A stretch of DNA of 64,000 nucleotides from Catajapyx aquilonaris. Lineage: Eukaryota. The translations under genes were made by a program, and so were the position numbers. Under the pieces are notes generated by a model that searched no databases, was not told the origin of the DNA, and was given only the letters and a program-made list of their open reading frames with translations. Location: assembly GCA_000934665.2 (NCBI GenBank), contig JYFJ02000141.1, positions 1-64,000 of the forward strand, given 5' to 3'. This document shows positions 12,033 through 22,833 of the stretch, one piece after another. How positions within the stretch are numbered: the first letter of the stretch is position 1; every line of letters starts with the position of its first letter.

Positions 12033-13876
12033 ATGACACCGCTGGCATGGTATTGTCTCGCTTGTGCCGCCTTGCTGGTGGATGCTGGCCTTCACAGGCG
12101 TGACTATCCTCCCGTACCAAACGTCCCAGTGACTGACAATGTCGGAGATCCGCTTTTGCTGACTCCGTACATCGAGAGAGGGGACATCCAGGAAGGTCAA
12201 AAATTGGCTCGAGTCACGGGGCTACCCACAGACATTGAGAGCTACTCCGGATATTTCACGGTCAATCAGGAATACAACTCCAACTTATACTTTTGGTTCT
12301 TCCCTGCCCTGGTGAGTCCATAGAAAATATTACAACAAATTATATTACATTGTGTTACATAAGTACAGTACGTAACTTAATATTTCGAGCATATACGCAA
12401 GTGGCTATGTGTAAAGTTGTATTAATACAAGATATAATTGGCAGCATAATTCGGAGAGTGCCCCGGTGGTAGTGTGGCTACAAGGTGGTCCAGGAAGCTC
12501 GTCTATTTACGCGCTTTTTGTGGAAAATGGACCTTTTGATGTGGACGAGTCCATGAATTTAGTATTAAGACCTACATCCTGGTCGAATTTTTCTAATCTG
12601 ATATACTTTGACAGTCCAGCAGGAACAGGTGAGTGACTAAGTGACTGCTTAAATCGCCTTAATAATTGTATGTTTTTTAAAAATAAGGTTACAGCTTCTT
12701 GGATGACGACAGGGGTTACGCACAAAATGAAGACGACGTTGCAAGAGACTTGTACACTGCTTTGACACAGTTCTTCCTATTGTTTCCTCAGTATCAGAAA
12801 AATGAATTTTATATTACTGGCGAATCATACGCAGGTAAGTAAATGGCAGCTAATTCTTTGGCAAAATTTCGAACTGACTCGTAGACTACGACTCGTATTA
12901 ACGACACTGTAAAAAATATATCATAATCCTGCAAGACAATAACTATTTTCAGGTAAATATGTTCCTGCCATAACTTACAAGATTCACAAGGAAAATCCGA
13001 ATGCTTCCTTGATAATGAACCTGAAAGGTAAACTGTCAACGTCTTCCGTGCGACCGTGCGATGACCTTTACCGATATAATAACGAAATATTTGCTTTTTC
13101 AGGGATGGCGATAGGAAATGGCCTGTGTGACCCTGTCAGCATGCTTGACTATGCGACATATTTGTACAACGTGGGTTTGTTGGATGATAAGGAGGCTGAC
13201 ATTTTTCGACACAAACAGTCTGTCGTCAAGGATTACATAGACAAACAAGAATGGATAAAAGGATTCCACGTAAATAGCGAGTCTTTTAACCAGCGATTCA
13301 TTTAATGATTTTTGGAATATGTTACAGGCATGGAACGACCTGCTGAACAATGATCTGTCAACGTATCCGTCTCTTTACACTAACTTCACCGGATTCGACA
13401 ATTATTTTAGCTATTTAACTACGGAAGATCCCACCAATGCAGACAAATACATGACATACGTGCAGCTTCCAGAAGTTAGAAAAGCTCTCCATGTTGGAAA
13501 CACTTCGTTTCTGGACGGTAATCCTACAGTAGAGATATATCTTTTGAAAGACATGCTGCAGTCTGTCAAGCCATGGGTCGAGGAAATTCTTAATAATGAG
13601 TACCGAGTTTTGCTGTACAGCGGACAAGTAGACGTCATTGTAGCACATCCACTTACTCAAAGCTTCATCCGTACCCTGCAGTGGAAAGGAGCCGAAGAAT
13701 ATGCTTCGTCTCGGAAAACCATTTGGAGAGTAGGAAGTGATGTTGCAGGTTATTCCAAACGGGCCATGAATTTTTCATTTATCATTGTTAGAAATTCCGG
13801 ACATATGGTGCCCTTTGATCAACCTGTATGGGCATACGATTTGATCAGTAGATTTGTGGCAGATGATTTACCCTAA
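12033..13876 (+). CDS. S10 serine carboxypeptidase copy 5 (466 aa, 6 exons)
   Basis: Exons 12033-12311, 12445-12628, 12688-12834, 12953-13027, 13103-13269, 13328-13876 (1401 nt). Signal peptide MTPLAWYCLACAALLVDA. WLQGGPG, GESYAG, YSGQVD, RNSGHMVP. Confidence 0.92.
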
Positions 13877-14926
13877 ATTAGCATGCGTCTAAAACAGTTT
13901 CGGATGATGACAACAGCCGCGCCGCAGCCCCGGAGGGAGAAAATATTGATAGAATATTATTATTTCTCAATTGCAATACTACTTTGTCCGAATCCTTCCT
14001 TGACATACAATGGGGGGTCATACAGAAAAATGCAAATGCATTGTCATCCGTAAATACTATAACTTCTAATGATGTAACATTGGACCATGTACCACAAGTT
14101 TACGTGAATAATTTTCTTATTTCTGCGCCATTTACAGCACTTCAAAATAAACTTACGTAAACATCCATTATCAGTGACGCTGATGTATACAGTTCCTCTC
14201 CTTTTTTCTTCTTAGGTATCTGAGTATTATCAGATAACGTCAAACAATATTGCGAAAAGGATACGAGGCCATACCGGTCCTGTGCTATCTAAGTAACGTT
14301 ATTTTAACAGCACACTTGTCATTTGTTTGAAGTTCCAATATACTGGTACAGTATCAATCGCGCAGAAGAATATTATGGCACAATATTAAAAATAATGCAC
14401 CATCTCGCTATAAACTGCAATATGTTGTATTGTGTAAAATGGATATCCTGATGGAATTAATTAATATTGGCATAAGCATACGTTATTACGATTTCTTGTA
14501 GACAGCTGTATGTTGGTGTTTATATGACTCTGCTCGTTTAAAACCGACCGTTAAAGCGACCGGAAAGCGTAGGATGAATAGACCTATTGCAATTATAACA
14601 ATGCTATACCTGATTTTGCAAATTAAAAGGCTATTGCAAAATTAGAAGCCTTTTGGCATAATCTTATATCATACGCTCGAGCATGGCGAATTACCTAGTT
14701 ATTGCACATCGATCATTATTATTGCCACATGCTTTATGACACCGATCATTATCAATAGGTCAACTCAATACTGTACGGACTACCTTCCGTTGACGTCATC
14801 TTATCTCACACACGACAACACTAAGAAGACGAAGATTATTGAGGGCAGCAATGACGACATGGTCTGCACAACTCAATACCCAGTGATGAGATACATGAGA
14901 TGAGATACCTGTAGGCAGTGGCAACC

Positions 14927-17121
14927 ATGAAGTGTCTCCTGATCGGATGCATCCTGGCAGCGCTGCTGCTGAAATCTGGCGCCAACAATGAGCCAAATGA
15001 CGACCAACCGTTGATTCTCACGCCTTATATCGAAAAAGGGCAAATAGAAGAAGCTCAGAGACTCGCAAACGTTACTGACTTTTCAGCTGATGTGGTCAGC
15101 TATTCCGGATTCTTTACTGTCAATCCCGAGTACAACTCCAATCTCTACTTCTGGTTCTTTCCTACTCAGGTAAGTTGTCAACTTTGTAACTTGACGGAGT
15201 CGTGGTGGATTTGGCTTTTTCCTGATCTTATTCGCCCAAGAGCGCAAAGCCCTTATTAGATGGACCTGCTCGCAGAGTAGTGTAGGGTGTAGGACTTAGC
15301 CAGGAGTTACGCAGGACTTACTTTTGGGTTAAATAAGTCCTGCGTAACTCCTGGCTAAGTCATCCCTAAGTCCATGCCCATATCGAACCCAAAAGTAAGT
15401 CCTGCGTAATTCCTGGCTAAGTCGTCCCTAAAGTCCATCGAAGGTCGGGCAATTTAGGAAATCTGAATAAATATTTTCGTCTAGGAGTTAAGATGAAAAA
15501 GTAATGATATAAGTGATGTTCGAGATTTACGGTGTCTATCAATGTTAGAGGGAGCATTATTTCTCGTAGAGGTTAAAATATATTATATTCAATTTTGTAG
15601 TAACATCATTACCTTATAGCCTACGACCCTACGTATAGAATATTGAAAGAAGAAATATTGTTTTGGAATGATTAGATGTGGCTTTTATTAAAGAATCCTG
15701 ATGCTCCAGTGCTTTTGTGGCTAGAAGGAGGACCAGGAACGTCGTCACTTTTTGGGTTGTTCGTAGAAAACGGTCCATTTGAAGTAGATGACTCTGTGCA
15801 TCTCAAGGCAAGGAATACATCCTGGACCAAGTTCTGCCACGTGATATACATAGATAATCCGGTTGGCACAGGTAAGTGTGATGAGCTTTAATACCATGCA
15901 TGTGTTTACATGGCACGAGTTTCATTGTTACAGGATTCAGCTTCACGGATGATGACAGGGGTTACGCAAAAGATCAAACAGCAGTCGCCAATGATCTCTA
16001 CAGCGCTCTGGTGCAGTTTTTCACAATGTTTCCCCAATATCAGAGTAACAGTTTCTACATCGCGGGCGAATCATATGCTGGTAAGATTGACAATCAAGGT
16101 CCTTAAAACGACAGTGATTATTATAATTGTTTGTTTCAGGTAAATATGGCCCGGCTATTTCATTCAAGATTCACAACGAAAATTTGGCAGGGTTATCGAA
16201 TTTTAAGATTAATTTGAAAGGTAAGTTTATTACCGACAACTGTAGTTACAGTAGCTATATAAACAGTGCTCTAATAACCATTCATTTTTATTTGGAATAA
16301 GGACTGGCAATAGGTGACGGAAGCTGTGACCCTGTTACCATGTTGGATTACGGAAGTTTCTTGTATAATATAGGTCTGATAAGCGTAAGTGAATGGGCCC
16401 TATTCAAAGAGCAAGAATCGCAAGTAAAGCAGCATATAGAGAACGAAGAATGGTTAGAAGCAAGTGAGGTAATAATGATTGCTCAAGTGTACAAATCAAA
16501 AGAGAAATTAGTGAATGACTCTCTCTTGAATGTGATAGCGTAACTTTATACACACGATATATGCAAGGACAAGTACATAAATACAGTGCTCGCTTTTTTA
16601 TCCAGGTTTGGCTGAACCTGATTACAGTCATATTCCCAAATGTGACCGGATTTGACGACTACTACAACTACCTCTCCCCTGCAGATCCTCTACAGTTCAA
16701 GTACCCGTCGTTCATTGAGTTGCCGAAAACACGAAAGTCTCTTCATGTTGGGAATCAGACATATTCCGATGGTAGTCAGGTGCTTTTGTATCTTCGGAGT
16801 GATCTTATGAAATCAGTAAAACCGTGGGTGGAGCAACTGCTGGATAATGACTACAGAGTGTTGCTGTACAGTGGGCAAATGGATATCATCGTGGCTCATA
16901 CCTTCACTCAGAATTTCATAAGCAAGCTGAAATGGAAAGGGGCAGACGAGTTTGCCGCTTCCGGGAAAACTATCTTGAGGGTAGGAGATCAGCTGGCAGG
17001 GTATGGATGGACAGGCCTGAACCTACAGTATGTCATTATCAGAAATGCTGGCCACATGGTTGCATACTATCAGCCTGAATGGACATATCAGATGATGAAA
17101 AGCTTTCTTCAAGATGAGTAG
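14927..17121 (+). CDS. S10 serine carboxypeptidase copy 6 (443 aa, 6 exons)
   Basis: Exons 14927-15169, 15694-15871, 15934-16080, 16140-16220, 16302-16468, 16606-17121 (1332 nt). Signal peptide MKCLLIGCILAALLLKSGA. WLEGGPG, GESYAG, YSGQMD, RNAGHMV. Confidence 0.9.
15293..15423. mobile_element. Palindromic MITE-like fragment within a copy-6-specific expansion of intron 1
   Basis: 15293-15320 is the exact reverse complement of 15334-15361. 15386-15423 is the reverse complement of 15293-15330 with one mismatch. The orthologous intron is only 68 nt in copy 7 and 60 nt in copy 8, versus 524 nt here. Confidence 0.6.
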
Positions 17122-17995
17122 ATCATTTCAGGTTGTTAGTCTCATAGATAACATGTTGGAAATGTCTGACTCCACTGAATGCAGTGACACCTTGTGAAAC
17201 CAATGCCAATAAAAATGTGTGCTTATTACTTATTGGGTTTAGTATCAATATGTGTCAATAAATTGTTGGAGCATGGATTGAGACAGTATATGGTAGGCTG
17301 CACATTATACATGCACTGTAACTTATCACAAAGGTTTTGGTCCCATGTAAACCGAGACGTTCTGCAACAATCAGCACTAAAGAATAGCATATTGTGTGTT
17401 TTCTTTTGTGTACCACCATGCATTTCCATTCTATTAGATCTTCACACATATCAGTCAATCAGTGGTGCCAAACAAACGTGCCAGGATTTTAACCCTGCGG
17501 ATTATTCTTGAAACATCAATGTGTTGGTTATTGTGGGTCTGAAGTTTTAAAACGCTTAAATCAGTCATTAAAGTGCTCATCTACACTTAGCAGCCTCATA
17601 TAGTGTAGGACGAGCATTGCAGCAATCGATAATGATATCTAAATTTACATAAAAGTATGATAAAAGTAATTGGCAACATTCCTAATGTTTTGACATCAAA
17701 CTGTGATAAACACAGGATATTCCCTTATTATTGCACATTATTATTTTCACGGTTTTCCATTCTCTTAAAAGTGTTTAAATCATCGGTACCGGTAATTACA
17801 TACAGTACTCTATCTTTGACGTCTTACATCGCACACGACACGGGAAAAACACCGCGATAACATCAGAGAAGGAGAAGGTTTATTGAGGGTGGTAATGACG
17901 ACATAGTTTGCCCTAATCCAAACCGGTGAAGCCTATACCTACGCAGACTATCAATCACCCCCACCCTCAGTGATGAGATAATGTCAGTGACAGGC

Positions 17996-19757
17996 ATGAA
18001 GTGTCAACTGATCGGATGTATCCTGGCAGCAGTGCTGCTGGAATCTGGCGCCAACAATGCTCCAAATGACGACCAACCGTTGATTCTCACGCCATACATC
18101 GAAAAAGGGCAGATAGAAGAAGCCCAGAGACTTGCAAACGTCACTAATTTTCCAGCTGATGTGGTCAGCTATTCGGGCTTCTTTACTGTCAATCCAGAGT
18201 ACAACTCCAACCTCTACTTCTGGTTCTTTCCTACGGAGGTAAGTTGTCAACTTTATACCTTCATCATGGAGTCATATGAATGTTGCTTATTTTGTTTACT
18301 TTCAAGAATCCTGATGCTCCAGTGGTTGTATGGCTGCAGGGAGGACCTGGAGCTTCCTCCCTTTTAGGATTGTTCATAGAAAACGGTCCCTTTGACGTAG
18401 ACGACTCACTGCATATCAAGCTACGAAACACTTCCTGGGCCAAGTTCTGCCACATGATCTATATTGATAATCCTGCTGGCACAGGTATATATGCATGAAA
18501 ACGTTGACTTCATGCATGTAGGCTACTTACGTGACATCCTATTTATTGTTACAGGATTCAGCTTCACGGATGATGACAAGGGTTATGCAACCGATGAAAA
18601 CACAGTTGCCAATGATCTGTACAGCGCCCTGGTGCAATTTTTCACATTGTTTCCCCAGTATCAAAGTAACAGTTTCTACATCACGGGCGAATCATATGCT
18701 GGTAAGATCGACAATCAAGGTCGATGACACTACAAGGGTTATTGTTTATATCTGTTTCAGGCAAATATGTACCTGCTATTTCATTCAAGATTCACAGTGA
18801 AAACTCTGCACGGTTGTCAAAATTTAAAATCAATCTCAAAGGTAAGTTTATTAACCCCCCAAATATTGCTATGTATAAACAGTGCTATCGTAACCACTCA
18901 CTTATATGGAACCAGGGCTGGCAATAGGAGATGGCTGGATCGACCCTGTATCCATGATGGATTACGGAATCTACTTGTATAATATAGGGCTGATAAGCGC
19001 ACCTGAAGCAACAATATTCAAAGAGCAGGAATCGAAAGCTAAGCAGCACATAGAAAAGGAAGAATGGTTAGAAGCAACTGAGGTAATTACGTGTATGATC
19101 CCTTATTGTTGAATTCAAAAGAAGAATGGTGAATAAGAGTAACTCTGCCAACCGGTTCGTACCGAGTTATTGCACCACACAATGAAACACAATAATGAGA
19201 CATTATATTGCTGACTTAACTTCATTCAGATTTGGAGGAACCTGGTGGCCATCGCACGCTGCACCTTTGAGAACATGACTGGATTTGAGAACCACTACAA
19301 CTATCTCTACGCCGTAGACCCAACTTTGCAGGACAAATACTCGACCTTCGTTCAACTTCCGGAAATACGTAAGGCAATCCACGTTGGAAACCAGAAGTAT
19401 TCAGACGGGGATGAGGTGAACACTCACCTTATGGGCGATTTCATGAAGTCAGTAAAACCGTGGGTGGAACAACTTCTGGACAACGACTACAGAGTTTTGC
19501 TGTACAGCGGGCAAGTGGACGTCATTGTGGCTCACACCCTTACTCAGAATTTCATAAGCACTTCGAAGTGGAAGGGTGCAGACGAGTACGCCTCTTCCGC
19601 CAAAACCATCTGGAAGGTGGGCGATCAGGTGGCCGGGTATGGACGGAAAGGCCTGAACCTGGAGTACATAATCGTCAGAAATGCCGGCCACATGGTACCA
19701 CACGACCAGCCAGAATGGGCCCACCAGATGATGAAAAGCTTCCTTGCAGATGAGTAG
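17996..19757 (+). CDS. S10 serine carboxypeptidase copy 7 (447 aa, 6 exons; alternative in-frame ATG at 17981)
   Basis: Exons 17996-18238, 18307-18484, 18555-18701, 18761-18841, 18916-19082, 19230-19757 (1344 nt). WLQGGPG, GESYAG, YSGQVD, RNAGHMVP. Confidence 0.9.
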
Positions 19758-20744
19758 ATCTTTTCAGGCGTTTTGTTTCATACATCATTGGAAATGTTTG
19801 ACTCACTGTAAAATGCAGTGACACTTTGTGAACCCAATACCAATAAAATGTGTAATTCATTTTTATGATTGTGTAGTAGGCCTACCAGTGTCAATATGTG
19901 CAATATTATTTTGAGGTATGGGTTGAAGTATGCATATACTACACACTTTACACGTATAACCTGCCAACAAAGTTTTGGGCTCATACACCGTGGTGGTCTG
20001 CAACAAACAGCACTCGAGTAAGGTATATTGTGTGTTATATTTTGTATACCATCATTCTCTCATGCATGCATTTCCCTTCTATTACACCCTATTAGGTGAT
20101 TAGGATGTACACATATCTCACTGTCGGACGTGCAGACCGAAGGCGCCATTGAAGGCGCCACTATTTCATGTCTGATGCAATATTTCCTTGGTATAGCCTT
20201 TGGTATACCGAACCGTCAAAAGGAGATGCAGACAGAAATAGCAAAATTAATAGAATCTTAATTTAATACGATTTCTTGTATCATTATTTTGTGTGTTGGT
20301 GTTTGTAGGTTAGCTCTATAATATATTTTAAAACTCCTAAATCAGCCCGTAATGTTCGCCATTAATTATTACCGGCCGGATAGTGTAGGACGAACATTGC
20401 GACAATGAGTAATGATAAATACCTTTACGTATACAAAAAAAAGTATTAGAAGGGTTTCGCCATCAAACTAATATGATCGCTGCAGGATATCCCGTATTTA
20501 TTGCAGTATTCCGGTCTTTCCCATCCTTTAAAATAATCATCTATCATTATACTCTACTCATATCTTTCCTTGATGTCTTATATCGCACACGAGAGAAGGA
20601 AAGGCGATAACATCAGGGAAGGAGAAGGTTTATTGAGGGCGGTGTAATGACGACATGGTCTGCCCTACTCCAAACCGATGTACCTCCCCAGAGTAGCTAT
20701 CAATCACCCTCACCCTCAGTGATGAGATACAGGCAGTGGCAACC

Positions 20745-22605
20745 ATGAAGTGTCTCCTGATCGGATGCATCCTAGCAACAGTTCTGCTGGAATCTGGAGC
20801 CAGCAATGATCCAAATGACGACCAACCGTTGATTCTCACTCCATACATCGAAAAAGGGCAAATAGAAGAAGCCCAGAGACTTGCAAACGTCACTAACTTT
20901 CCAGCTGATGTGGTCAGCTATTCGGGCTTCTTTACTGTCAATCCAGAGTACAACTCCAATCTCTACTTCTGGTTCTTTCCTACGGAGGTAAGTTGTCAAC
21001 GCTGTAACATGGAATCGTGTTGGACTTGGCTTCTTTTTTATTACAAGAATCCTGATGCTCCAGTGGTTGTATGGCTGCAAGGAGGGCCGGGAGCTTCCTC
21101 ACTCTTAGGGCTGTTTATAGAAAATGGTCCCTTTGACGTAGACGACTCACTGCATATCAAGCTACGAAATACTTCCTGGACCAAGTTCTGTCACATGATC
21201 TATATTGATAATCCTGCTGGCACAGGTATGCATGATAAGCTTTGGCATCATGCATGTAGGCTACTTATTACGTGACATCCTATTTTATTGTTACAGGATT
21301 CAGCTTCACGGATGATGACAAGGGTTACGCAACCGATGAAAATGCAGTCGCGAATGATCTGTACAGCGCCCTGGTGCAATTCTTCACATTATTTCCCCAC
21401 TATCAAAGTAACAGTTTCTACCTCACAGGCGAATCATATGCCGGTGAGTTTAAAATAATCAAGGTTGATAGCATGACAATAGTTATTCGCAATGTCTGTT
21501 TCAGGAAAATATGTCCCGGCTATATCATTCAAGATTCACAACGAAAATTTGGCAGGGTTATCAAAATTTAAGATTAACTTGAAAGGTAAGTTTATTAACC
21601 CCCCAACTATCGCTATACACTGTAAATAGTGCTATCATAATCTCACAATTATTTGGAACAAGGGTTGGCAATAGGAGATGGCTGGATCGATCCTGTATCC
21701 ATATTGGATTATGGAAGCTACTTGTATAATATAGGGCTGATAAGCGCACAGGAAGTAGCAATATTCAAGGAGCAGGAATCGAAAGCAAAGCAGCACATAC
21801 AGAACGAAGAATGGCTAGAAGCATATGAGGTAATTATAATAATTATTTGCTGAATTCATAAGGAAATTCATTCACTCCACCTGCCAGTTTGTACAATGTA
21901 CAGAGTGATGTAAAATATATTAGTCCGATATTCCGATTCCTGTGAGACATTTTCGCACTAAACTGCTCATTCTAAAGAGTTGTTGGATTAAACAATCGAT
22001 ATCTCCTTCTTGAACAGTGCACTTAACACCCACAAATTGAAGGACAATCTCATGATTGTGTTGCTGACTTTTCTTAGGTTTGGATGAGCCTGATGGGCAT
22101 CACCCGTTGCACATTTGTCAATATGACTGGACTTGAGGACGAATACAACTACCTCTACACCATAGACCCAACTTCACATGACAAGTACTCGACGTTCATC
22201 CAGCTTCCGGAAATACGCAAGGCAATCCACGTTGGAAACCAGCCGTATTCTGGTGGCGACGAGGTCAGTGACCACCTCATGGTCGATTTCATGCAGTCTG
22301 TAAAACCATGGGTGGAACAACTGCTGGACAACGACTACAGAGTTTTGCTGTACAGCGGGCAAGTGGACGTCATCGTGGCCCACACCCTTACTCAGAATTT
22401 CATAAGCACTTTGAAGTGGAAGGGTGCAGACGAGTACGCCTCTTCCGCCAAAACCATCTGGAAGGTGGGCGATCAGGTGGCCGGGTATGGACGGAAAGGC
22501 CTGAACCTGGAGTACATAATCGTCAGAAATGCCGGCCACATGGTACCACACGACCAGCCAGAATGGGCCCACCAGATGATGAAAAGCTTCCTTGCACACG
22601 AGTAG
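20745..22605 (+). CDS. S10 serine carboxypeptidase copy 8 (447 aa, 6 exons)
   Basis: Exons 20745-20987, 21048-21225, 21297-21443, 21505-21585, 21663-21829, 22078-22605 (1344 nt). All catalytic motifs present. AATAAA at 22639-22644. Confidence 0.9.
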
Positions 22606-22729
22606 ATCTCTGTACAGCGCAATGGAAATGTAAAAAATAATAAACAATAGCCAATGCGATTTGAATAGTAACTAATAATAGTAGCGGCTAGTGTGATAGC
22701 TGCTACGTGGTTTGGGTCCCAGCCGGCGT

Positions 22730-22743
22730 CCAACATGGCGGCC
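22730..22743 (+). promoter_or_regulatory. YY1/Pho-like motif (CCAACATGGCGGCC) at the likely CstF-50 transcription start region
   Basis: Matches the AANATGGCGGC YY1 consensus common at housekeeping-gene 5' ends, ~100 nt upstream of the ATG. Confidence 0.5.
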
Positions 22744-22833
22744 TCCAAGTAGTAGACTGTTGGGCTCTTCCGTCTGTTTGAGGCGAATATTTTACATTTT
22801 GTGTAGCCTGTATGAAGAAGAGGTGAGTCCAGC

